Shown here piece after piece: positions 52,399-63,112 of a stretch of DNA of 64,000 bases (its first letter is position 1; every line of letters starts with the position of its first letter). Below the pieces are notes generated by a model. The model was not told the origin of the DNA, did no database searches, and worked only from the letters and a program-made list of their open reading frames with translations. Source of the DNA: Lama glama (lineage: Eukaryota); NCBI GenBank assembly GCA_028534125.1, contig CM052816.1:63118001-63182000 (forward strand), read 5' to 3'. Made by a program: the position numbers and the translations under genes.

Positions 52399-53200
52399 AT
52401 GAATGCTCATCCTTGCCTCTGGCCTCCAGCTCTGTCTCAAGTACCGCTATATCTCTCTATTTAAGACTTGCCTTTGGCAGAGTTCTGTGCTTGCACCCCA
52501 GGGTGGACAGTCAAGAATGGCTTCATCCATTCTCCAACTAAGAATGAGCTCAACTTGGCTTAATGTTTCTTCTGCTTCAAGGATCTGAAGGCTGGTAGAC
52601 AGATGACGACTCACAAGGAAAACCAACAATAAGCCAAAGAATTTGAAGAAACTGCAATAAAATACAATATGCTACTGAGCAGCTGATGGCCTTGGAGTGG
52701 CATCTCTTGCCTTATTCGCCCAATTTCAAAGTTGAAAAAAAATCACTTCTAAGGCATATCCTCCTTTCCAAACTTTCTGTAGGACTCATTAACCATGCTT
52801 CTGTCTTTAGAGGGAAGAACTTTGAAACTGGATTTTTTTTTTCTTAAAGGTGGCATCAAAGACTACTTCTCTCTGTAAAGCTGATGCTGCTGATTCCAGT
52901 ATATCCCCTTCTCTTCTCTCTTTCTCTGTCTCTTCCTCTCCAGTAGTTTTTACTTTATTGAATCTTGGGCTTAATTTTGCTTTTGATTATGGAGAAGTAT
53001 ATAGGAAAGAAGGCAGAATGTTCATTCCTATAAAACTGATAGATTTGTCCATATTGATATAGTAGCCCTCTGCACAAAGAATGTGGCCAGACTTAATACT
53101 GTTAACTAGATGCTGCCTTCTCAATGCTGAAATTTAAGAACTAGATTACTTGGTGTGTAAATGCGATCACAGGTCCATTGTTAATGGTGAATCGCAAATT
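52399..53200 (+). pseudogene. BIRC5: Processed pseudogene of survivin, exon-3-skipped form, with 3'UTR; heavily decayed
   Basis: Colinear with the survivin CDS: tgtgcttgcacccca (CACTP); ggcttcatccattctccaactaagaatgag (GFIHCPTENE); tgtttcttctgcttcaagga (CFFCFKE); gaaggctgg..agatgacgac (EGWEPDDD); accaacaataag..aaagaatttgaagaaactgca (TNNK.KEFEETA); gagcagctgatggccttggag (EQL.ALE). No introns. Downstream sequence resembles the BIRC5 3'UTR (aaaggtggcatcaaag, ggaaagaaggcag). The 3' limit is approximate. Confidence 0.9.
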
Positions 53201-54079
53201 AAGGAGGAAATAATAATTTATTTTTATAATAATCTACATTTATTTTGAACATTTCTCACTCTGTGTTCAAAATACTTTATTGTCTCATTTTTCTCATTTA
53301 CAAGAATTATAGTCTTCCTTTTATCCCTTTAGGCCTGTAACATTACAACAGCCTCCCTTTATACTCCAAAGTAAGTTATATGAAATCACATCACTTATCA
53401 AACCACTGAATTTGCCATCCATATTAGGGGTTTCCTTGCCTGTTTGTATCTGCTTTTTTCATCATTTAGAAGTGCATATATCTTATCATCTTAAAGTTTT
53501 ATGTATGAAGAATTAATGATATTAAAATCTGACTCCGGGGTTGATGTATATGGTTAGATTCCTTATAGATGGCTACAGTATTAAGAGCTAGAAGGAATAA
53601 AGGAGGACTGGGGCTTTAAGAATGAAATAAAGCTATCTTCTATTAAAGTCAGTTGAAAATATTTCCTTTATCATAATTTACCTAAAACAGGCATGTGGCA
53701 AGTTTCCAACATCTCTCCAAAGCAGAATGGGGATTTTCCTTAATGCCAGATGATGTATTTTGCATAGTCTCAGCTTACTACTTCCTCCATTCTCTAACTA
53801 GAAGAGCATCACATATTAGAGCACACAGCAATGACGTCACAAATGTCCAGGTTATTCTTGAAGAGTGTCAGTCTGGATGAGTATATAGGTGGTGAGGTAT
53901 ATGGAGGTATAAAATTAAAATACTCATGTTAAAGTTTTTCTGGTCTTAATATTCCCAATTTTCAGCAAACAGCTATTTTCCGTTGATGACATACATTATC
54001 TGATTAACAATTCATCTGTCTATATATGAATATTCCTTTCATAAGGCAATGATATTAGCTATTTTTCAAATGGACTGAG

Positions 54080-55570
54080 GAAAAAAAGAAATCACCCAAA
54101 ATAAAGCACACAGAGGAAAAAAAAAGACTTAAAAATTAACAGATTATGAGTGATCTATGTAGCAAATCAAGCAACCTAACACATGTAATTGTAATAAAAA
54201 GTTACTTGAAAAATAATGACCAAAACTTTTTTCCAAATGTGATATAAAAAATATAAACTCACAGACCCAAAAATCTCAAGAAACTCTGAGCACAAGAAAC
54301 ATAAAGAAATCTACATGGAGGCACACCATAATCAGATTAATAAAAAGAAAATTGTAAGAACAGCCAGAATAAAAAAGACACCTTACATACTGATGGACAA
54401 ATGTAATAATAACAGCAGACTTACCATCAGACAATTTGCAAGGTAGAAGACAATGGAGAGACAAACTTAAAGTGCAGAAAGAAAAAAAACTGTAAACCTA
54501 GAACTCTACGCCCACCAAAAACTATCTTTCATTAATCAAGGCAAAAATAGAGATTTTGTCAAGAAACAAAAGCTGGATGTTGATTTCTAGCAGAGCTGCA
54601 GCATAAGAAATGTTAAGTGAAATTCTTCAGAAGAAAAATGAGACAAGATAGAAATTAGCATTTACACAAAGGAATGAAGGATAACATAAATTGTAAACAC
54701 GAGGAAAAATATAAACTTTTCCCTCATTTAAAAATTTTCTGTTAAAGATGATTGTTTAAAGAAAAATAATACTATTTTGAATATAGAAGTAAAATGTATG
54801 ACAACAAAAGCACAAAAACGTGGTGAGGGGAATGAAACGTACTGCTTGGAGTTCCTACAATAATGTGAATTAGTTAATGATATTAATTGTAGACTCTAAC
54901 AAATTAGTTACTGTAACCCTAGAGCAGCCATGAGAAAAAGGGGGAGAGAAAAAAATTAGTAAGCCAAAAAACAAATTAATTAAATTTTAAAGTAATATTC
55001 AGTTAACTTAAAAAAAAAAAAAAGCAGTAAAAGAAAAGTACCAAAGAAAAGTGGGACAAACAGAAAACAAATGGCAAGACAGTAGGGCAAACCCAGCCCC
55101 GTACCAATAATTACATTAAAAACAAATGATCTAAACTAGAGCTGTCCTGTAGAAATAAAATACGAGCCACAGCTATGATTTTACATTTTCGAGTAACCAC
55201 ATTCAGAAAAGTGAAATGAAGCAAGTGTGTTACGTTTATACTTAGACCACATCTAAATTTGGACTAGATACATTTCAAGTGCTCAACTAGCCACATGGAG
55301 CCACAAACACCATGTTGGAGAGAAAGACAGAAAACTCTAAAAGAGGCAGAGATTGTAAGATTGGATTAAAAAAGCAAAATCCAACAACACGCTGTCTACA
55401 AGAAACCTATTTCAAATATAGAGACAGGTGGGTTGAAATTTAAAAGGTGGACAAGACATACCATGGTCTAACTAATATAAAAGGAAAGCTGGAGGGGCTA
55501 TGTTATTATCAGACAAAGTAGATGTCAAAAAAATATTTCCATGGATACAGAGAGATATTACATAATGGTA
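54080..55570 (+). mobile_element. Old L1 ORF1 to ORF2 start (right part, continuing 51130-52398)
   Basis: aaactcacagaccca...aataacagcagacttaccatcaga...aacctagaactcta, and endonuclease-start motifs gctgtctacaagaaacc, gctatgttattatcagacaaagtaga. Confidence 0.8.
55136..55322. mobile_element. MER33/MER3-like hAT MITE nested in L1
   Basis: gctgtcctgtagaaataaaatacgagccaca...gtaaccacatt...catttcaagtgctcaactagccacatg. Confidence 0.7.
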
Positions 55571-55846
55571 AAGAGGACAAATCATCAGCAAGAGACTATT
55601 ACTTTACAATTTCATTTATATTAAATTCTAGAAAAGGCAAAACTGTAGTGACAGAAAGCAGATTGGGTTGCCAGAGACTGAAGGGTTGGACTGCAGTATT
55701 AAATATAAAAAGGCTCAAGGTAACTTTCTGGGATAATGAAAATACTCTGTATTATGGTTTTGGTAGTGGTTACAGGATTCTAAACATTTGCCAAAACTTA
55801 TTAAATTATACACTTAAAATTGAGAGCTGCCATCAAGGAGGCTTTT

Positions 55847-56447
55847 AATTTTTTTCCATTTTTTATTGAAGTACAGTTGGTTTACAATGTTGTTTTAGAT
55901 CTTAGAATATATATATATACACACATATATATATATTCCTTTTCATATTCTGTTTCATTATAGGTTATTACAAGATATTGAGTATAGTTCCCTGTGCTGT
56001 ACAGTAGGACTTTGTTGTTTATCTATTTTATATGTAGTAGCTAGTATCTGCAAATCTTGAATTCCAATTTATCTTTCCACCACACCTCCTTTACCTCCTT
56101 TGTAACCATAAATTTGTTTTCTATGTCTGTGAGTCTGTCTCTTTTTTGTAAATAAGTTCATTTATGTAAGTTTTTTAGATTCCACATATAAGTGATATCA
56201 TATGGTATTTTTCTTTCAGTTTCTGGCTTACTTCACTTAGTATGACAATCTCCAAGTCCATCCATGTTGCTACAAATGGCATTATTTTATCTTTTTATGG
56301 CTGAGTAGTATTCCATTGCATAAATATACTACAACTTTTTTATCCAGTCATCTATTGATGGACACTTAGGTTGCTTTCTTATCTTGGCTATTGTAAACAG
56401 TGATACTATGAACATTGGGTGTATGGATTTTTTCAAATTAGTTTCCC
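55847..56447 (-). mobile_element. Lineage-specific 5'-truncated L1
   Basis: Antisense 3'UTR (ttattgaagtacagttggtttacaatg...) and a perfect 11-bp TSD aggaggctttt at 55836-55846 and 56448-56458. Confidence 0.93.
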
Positions 56448-58512
56448 AGGAGGCTTTTCTCTATATACATTACAGTTTGCTGGAATGAATACCAGTCCTG
56501 AACTGTTACATTTTCTAAAAGCAGTTGAAGATATCTAGAGTTAAAGAGCTGTTTTCAAATCTCATTGTTGGAGACAACAACCCTCCCTTCAAAAATGCTT
56601 TCAAAAACTGAGCTACAGATATTTAAAATCCTGGGAGAAAAAGAAGAAAAAAAGGTAGGTATCTATAATCAACTAAAGGAAGCTTTCCCTAGAAAGATGT
56701 GACAATAGCCTCCAGTCTGCTGGCTTCTCCTCACTAGAGGAGGAACCTGCCTACTTACTGAAGCATCAGAGAGGGAGCTCCTATGGGGATTTGCTGATCA
56801 GGGAACTACAGTGACTACAGTGGTCATATTCAAAATATTCTGGTGAATGACATTACTAAGAAGAGTATATCTGATTCCTCAACTTAAGACAAGAGACACA
56901 TGGACATTTCTATTTCTCAAATTCAAAAAGTTGTTTAATTAGAACTTCAAGCTACATTTTATCAGGCTAAGGCAGTGAACAGATCTGATCTCTGCCTTGT
57001 AGATGGCCTCTTATTCTCTGAGGACTGGTGCAAAGGACAAAGATTGCATTTTCACCGTAGCAAAGAATATGAATTAGATATATTTTCAGGACCTTTCAAC
57101 CCAGTTCTGAACTCCATGTCATTTGAACCAAAAGTATCCAAAAAGAAAAACTTCAATTTGTTTAAAAAAAAAAAACTTGAAGGAAGAACTAGAGCTTCAA
57201 GAACCAGCAATATTTAATGGCATGTCAAGTACTCAAGTAAAAATGAGTTAGATAAAAGAAAAGGTTTAAAAATTTATAACTGCGTACTTCTGGTAGTGAT
57301 GCTATTTAACAAGACTGATACGCAGCCAGTGAGGACCACTATGATTAAATAATGGGGAGCCAAAGGACCCAAGACAAGAGGAGAATCTAAGCCTGACTGG
57401 CTGCTTAAAACCAGAGCTGCAGTGATGCTGTCTTTTCTTCAAAAGGAAGCTGAGGTAATATAAGCGGAGACTGCTGCCTGAGGACATCTGCACACTTGGG
57501 AGACATAAGGGAGCAAAATCAGCCTCACAACCAGGACTTTAGCCCTAGTCCACAGCTCAGTGAAACTGATTGTCTGAGTGAGAAGAAAGCTCAATATACA
57601 CCTGGAGCTATCTAAAAAATTGCTAGGTAAGAAAGCGTGAGTGCAGAGAAAGAGGAAAAAATACAACTCAACTTGAGGCTGCAAACTAAAATTCCAACAT
57701 ACAAAAAAAAAAAAAGCCAAATAAAATCAATAATTGGAAAAATGAATTTAAGCAAAACTACAATGAAAAATGGGATAATTCATACTTAATATTCTAGGAA
57801 TGGAGAGTGTAATATTTTGGTTATTCTGTGGAATAAATATATAGGTCATGTGAACATTTATTGCAGCATTATTTGTGATAGGGAAAGAAAATCCATTAAT
57901 TTGGAATTAAAAAGTAGAATATAAGATGTGTGCAATGCCAAAGCATGCAGTTATCAGAAGTAACATATAACAACACGGATGGACTTCACCATTAATGTTG
58001 AGTGAAACATAATAAAACTTTATATAGCAATATAATTGCAGATAGTATGTAATTGTGCACATTAAAACACACACACATAAACCAACACTAAATTTTCAAA
58101 AGCATACACAAATATCTAAGTAAATGCAATATGCTGGAGGATTGTGGGCAAGAATGCATGCATTTGAGGATAGAACGAGAATAAAATTAATCATTTTAAC
58201 AAGAAAACTGAAAACAACGTTGCATGGATTGATGACCATGATGTATCATGATCTAAGAAATACAATCATCAGCTGGTCTCATCCACCCGAGGCACTTAAA
58301 GAATAAAAGAGAATATAAATTAGTCAATCATCGTTTACCATTACGAATTCTCTCCCCTTCCGTAAAATTTCAACTGAGAATAAATTAAATACACACTTTT
58401 CTTAACACTTTGCTTTCAAAAAAATTTTGATTCAACTACTGAACACAAAATACAATGAAGAAAAAGATCATTTTCTTCAACGTGTAGGATGAGATACTGC
58501 CGTATCACTTAC

Positions 58513-58586
58513 CAGTGAAATGGGGACACATCACTCAACAAGGATTTAAGACACTAACACCAAATGGCTGGATATCCCAATTAGAG
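58513..58586 (-). pseudogene. Candidate pseudo-exon SNWDIQPFGVSVLNPC*VMCPHFT
   Basis: Acceptor ccttagtttctcag after a long pyrimidine tract, consensus donor CTG|gtaagt, 74 nt, phase 2 to 1. Confidence 0.35.
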
Positions 58587-59390
58587 CTGAGAAACTAAGG
58601 CTCCAATAGAACAAAACAGGAAAACTGTCTTCATGAAAGGTATTATCTGTCACTTTTTTAAAAGTTCTTTTCTTATCCTGTAAATGTGTGGGAGCTAGCC
58701 ACAGCTGCTCTCCACAAGCTTTCCTCTAGAAAAACTGGTATTCACCCTGTGGGTTTCAAAAAATACTTGTTCACTTAAAGAAAAAAAAAAGAGATATTCC
58801 CAAATAGCTGAGTGTTTTTCATTCCAAAATACCCTTCACAATTACAGTGCTTAAAATGCTGTGCTTTGCAGAACAGGGTCTACTGCATGTCCCCCTAGTA
58901 GCCTACAATGTGAACATCTTAAACCCCTCATGAGAGAAATAAACTCAGGACGGTATTAAAATCTGACACACCCATCACACTGCCTTCCAGAATTTCTGTT
59001 TAGAAATAATCTCACAAACCACTGAAGCACCTTGGTGAGTATGTGTCTGCTGCTGCCCAGGAAAAACAGAAATTGTGCCTGAATTTTCCAGACAGACTGT
59101 GAAAACCATCCACTGACAACTGGAAAAAGATTTTGACAGAGAATGATCTAACAATGATGTTTGTGAACAATAAAGTCCTGGGCTGGTTTAGCACAGAAAA
59201 TTGTTTCCACCGTTAGCCTTAATTGAAAAGTTGATTTAGTAACATCCTATTATTGAAAAGAAAACCAATTAATAGAGAATTATTTCAATGGTGGGAGTAA
59301 TTCATTGAAATGATTTAACTGACAGGCTGTTGGACTGAATTAATCTGACAGTATAGTCAAAATCATTGAACTGATTAGACTCATAGATAT

Positions 59391-59890
59391 NNNNNNNNNN
59401 NNNNNNNNNNNNNNNNNNNNNNNNNNNNNNNNNNNNNNNNNNNNNNNNNNNNNNNNNNNNNNNNNNNNNNNNNNNNNNNNNNNNNNNNNNNNNNNNNNNN
59501 NNNNNNNNNNNNNNNNNNNNNNNNNNNNNNNNNNNNNNNNNNNNNNNNNNNNNNNNNNNNNNNNNNNNNNNNNNNNNNNNNNNNNNNNNNNNNNNNNNNN
59601 NNNNNNNNNNNNNNNNNNNNNNNNNNNNNNNNNNNNNNNNNNNNNNNNNNNNNNNNNNNNNNNNNNNNNNNNNNNNNNNNNNNNNNNNNNNNNNNNNNNN
59701 NNNNNNNNNNNNNNNNNNNNNNNNNNNNNNNNNNNNNNNNNNNNNNNNNNNNNNNNNNNNNNNNNNNNNNNNNNNNNNNNNNNNNNNNNNNNNNNNNNNN
59801 NNNNNNNNNNNNNNNNNNNNNNNNNNNNNNNNNNNNNNNNNNNNNNNNNNNNNNNNNNNNNNNNNNNNNNNNNNNNNNNNNNNNNNNNNN
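59391..59890. other. Assembly gap (500 N)
   Basis: Run of n. Confidence 1.
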
Positions 59891-60075
59891 TATATAAAAA
59901 TAGATAAAAACAAAGTTCTTATGTATAGCACAAGGAACTATATTCTATAGTTTGTAATAACTTTAATGACAAAGAATATGAAAATGAATATATGTATATA
60001 TATGCATGACTGGGACATTATGCTGTACACCAGAAACTGACACATTGTAACTGACTATACTTCAATTAAAAAAAA
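59891..60075 (+). mobile_element. Lineage-specific L1 3' end emerging from the gap
   Basis: tatgcatgactgggacattatgctgtacaccagaaactgacacattgtaactgactatacttcaattaaaaaaaa; same family as 2953-3843. Confidence 0.9.
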
Positions 60076-60689
60076 GAGAAAAGAAAAACAGTCCCATTCT
60101 CTAAGGCACAAATGAATGGTTACCAAATTAAAGAGAGGTAAGAAAAGGATTCAAGGAGATTTTTTTTAATCAAATGTAAAGTATTAAATTTGTCCCAAGA
60201 GTTTCTCTTTATCATTTCTTCATTTCTAAGATAAGAGTAATTTTAAGATGCCATCATCAACACCATAATACTTTTTGAGGAGGTGGGAATCACTACATTT
60301 AATTGTAAGATGCACTCTGTTTTCAGAGGGGGGAAAATATGAGGAAAAAACATAACTGAGAAGAAATATGTTGCTTGTCAGACTTTGTCTTCCCTGACTG
60401 TGCTCAATTTCAGGCACTGATGAGTCCAACCTGCTCACTCAGCTGCTTGCTGAGTTTGGTAGCTGTTAGAATCTCACATCCTTATCCAAAGTCTGAGGTG
60501 CCCACTAGGTTGCACCATTCCTTCCTCCCAACTCATGCACTTTTCTCTCCATATGTGCCCTCCAGTTCCTCCAGGTGACACAGAAGCCTGCTGTGAATTC
60601 CAACACAGCTGACTACGACCCACTGACAACCTTGCCTTCCTCTGCTCTTGTGTGATCTCAGCTGCTGCCTGAGAAGCTTACAAGCAGGA

Positions 60690-60853
60690 TCTCCACCAGC
60701 CACATATCAGCATTAGCCAGAAACTTGTTAGAAATGCAAACTATCACTACATCCCTCAACCCTACCCCAGAACTACTGAATCAGCAACTCTGAGGGTGAG
60801 GGTATAACAAGGCTTCCAGAAGATTCTGTTGCAGGCAAGTTTGCACTCCACTG
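60690..60853. mobile_element. MER5-like hAT fragment
   Basis: atcagcatt...gaaacttgttagaaatgcaaa...ccagaactactgaatcagcaactctgagggtg. Confidence 0.65.
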
Positions 60854-60939
60854 ATGCAATTCATTTCAGTATTTCCCAGAGTTTTGCTATCAAATGGGAA
60901 ATCCCTTCTGTTAAATAAAATAAATGGACCGGAATATAC

Positions 60940-61325
60940 TAGTAATAGTAGCTAACACTTGTTGAGGGAATACTCTAAGCCAGGGACTATTTTAAGCACT
61001 TTATAAGTTTTGTTTTGTTTTTTAGTTTTTTTCTGGCAGGGAGGCAATTAGGTTTACTTATTTATTTTGAGAGGAAGCCCTGGAGATTGAAATCAGGTCC
61101 CTGTGCATGCTAAGCATGCACTCCATTGCTTGAGCTATATTCTCCCCCTATAAGTTTTAAACTGATTTAGTCCTCTTGAAAACCTGGTAAGGTAATTACT
61201 GTTACAATTACTCCCATTTACACTTTGAAAACTGAAGTAAAGAGGGTTCGTTGTTCAAGGAACCACAGACACTAAATGGAGAAGCAGGATTCGAGCTCAG
61301 GTAACTTCTTTGAAGACTGAGCCCA
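60940..61325 (-). mobile_element. MIR SINE split by a camelid SINE
   Basis: aatagtagctaacacttgttgag...taagcacttta on the left and ctcccatttaca...gaaaactgaag...gcaggattcgagctcagg on the right. Confidence 0.65.
61012..61148 (-). mobile_element. Vic-1-type camelid tRNA-derived SINE
   Basis: Reverse complement gggggagaatatagctcaagcaatggagtgcatgcttagcatgcacagggacctgatttcaatctccag...aaataaataagtaaacctaattgcctccc plus A tail. 10-bp TSD tataagtttt at 61002-61011 and 61149-61158. Confidence 0.85.
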
Positions 61326-61947
61326 TATCTACTTTGCTGCGTGGCCTCTGACCTCTGTGCATCTCAGAGTTTCATCAAAGATTTCCATAAAGGGGACAGG
61401 GCGCTCTAACAGTAAAAGACACAGGCTAAGAGAACTCTTAAGACAAAAATTTGAGGTAGGTATTAATGGCCTAATTTCCCAACTGAATAAAAAAAAAGAA
61501 TTCTCACTAATCTGAACTTTGTTGATTCAGAATTAATGATAATTTGATTTTATTGTATCTAAAACTTAATGAATGTAAAGTAATATTTTTTCCTTATGAA
61601 TTTTCAGACTTCTGCTCACAAGTAAGAGAACTCGATTTAAATTCAATGACATTTTGCAAACCTAGAATCCAAACGACGGACATTCCCTTCTTTGTGCCTT
61701 TGGTCCTAAAAGAATAAATAAACTTGAAGTGTCTGCTATTCACCCTGCATCAAACACTCTCAGTCAAAAGTAGTACTATTAGAAGTGACAGTCTATTGGG
61801 AAGAGATGAGGAGAAACCACATTAAGAACCCACTTCTGGTGAACTTGCATCCGGAACCTCTGGGAGGTGGGTGACATGGAGGAGCCGTTACAGAACAAAG
61901 CCAACAGTGCGGTTCCAGTGGAAACTCTGTATGACATTGGTACTCAC

Positions 61948-62068
61948 AGGAAGCTTCTCACTTCTGCACAGAACTAAGTACAGTGTCTGAGGAACACAGC
62001 AGTGTGATACCGACGGGGAGCCACCACACTGAGCAGAGGAAGTAGCTCCTCCTGGCAGACGCGCATGT
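61948..62068 (-). pseudogene. Candidate exon MRVCQEELLPLLSVVAPRRYHTAVFLRHCT*FCAEVRSF
   Basis: Acceptor tgcctgtctcccttaag, donor CCT|gtgagt, 121 nt, GC/CpG-rich; ends in phase 2, matching 58586. Confidence 0.3.
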
Positions 62069-62236
62069 CTTAAGGGAGACAGGCATTGAAGACAAAGCCA
62101 AAGGAAGAAGAAATGGCAAAGTCATTCTGGAGCTGGCTGACTAAATCAGCTCCTTAGGGAAAGTGAGCCCCCCGGCAACTCCTAGAAGAGAAGTGATCTG
62201 GGAAAGGGGGTATTTAATAGGTTCAAAAAGACCTGC

Positions 62237-63112
62237 ATGGCCAACAGGCACAGGAAAAAATGCTCAATATTGCTAAGTATCAGAGAAAGGCAAATCAAAA
62301 CTACAATGAGGCATCACCTCACAGCAGTCAGAACAGCTATCATCAGAAAGTTCACAAACGATAAATGCTTGGAGGGTATGGAAAGGAAACCTTCCTACAC
62401 TGTTGGTGGAAATGTAGTTTGGTGCAGCCATTATGGAAAACAGTACAGAGATTCCTCAAACAAACTAAAAATAGACTTACTATATGATCCAGCAATCCCA
62501 CTCCTGGGCATACATCTGGAGAAAACTCTAATTCAAAAAGATACCTGCACCCCAATGTTCATAGCAGCACTATTTACAATAGTCAAGACATGGAAGCAAC
62601 CTAAATTTCCACTGACAGATGACTGTATAAAGAAGTTGTGGTATTTGTGTGCGTGTGTATACACACACACACACACACAATGGAATACTACTCAGCCATA
62701 ACAACTAAAATAATACCATTTACAGCAACATGGATGGGTCTGGAGATTGTCATACTAAGTAAAGTAGGTCAGAGAAAGACAAATACCATACGATATCACT
62801 TACATGTGGAATCTTAGAAAATGATACAATTGAACTTGTTTACAAAACAGAAGCAGATTCACAGGCATAGAAAACAAACTTATGGTTGCCAGGGGGTAAA
62901 GAGGGTAGGAAGGGATAAACTGGGACTTTGGGATTTGCAGATACTAACTACTATATATGAAATAGATAAACAACAAGATCCTATTGTACAGCACAGGGAA
63001 CAATATTCAATATCTGGTAATAACTTATAACGAAAAAATATGAAAAGGAATCACTGTGCTGCATACCAGAAACTAATACAACACTGTAAATCTACTATAC
63101 TTGAATTAAAAA
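62237..63112 (+). mobile_element. 5'-truncated lineage-specific L1 (ORF2 C-terminus, 3'UTR, polyA)
   Basis: ORF 62237-62701 (MANRHRKKCSILLSIRERQIKTTMRHHLT...YDPAIPLLGI...[12 protein letters not shown]) is the L1 ORF2 C-terminus. Imperfect TSD aaaaa(g/a)acctg(c/t)at. Confidence 0.93.

Larger units (their letters stand above)
324..62068 (-). pseudogene. Candidate decayed multi-exon gene (unitary pseudogene or derived lncRNA), product unidentified
   Basis: About 17 non-repeat segments with polypyrimidine+AG acceptors and GT donors on the minus strand. Runs of neighbouring segments are phase-compatible and give protein-like translations with 0-3 stops each. Frames were chosen by hand. Confidence 0.45.

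Noticed and set aside
52447..52652. Minus-strand ORF and splice-like sites (ILEAEETLSQVELIL...)
   Set aside because: This is just the antisense of the BIRC5 retrocopy.
62237..62701. Longest N-free ORF (154 aa), and similar ORFs at 3129-3446, 31362-31595 and 44808-45029
   Set aside because: These are L1 ORF2 C-terminal remnants in truncated elements, not host genes.
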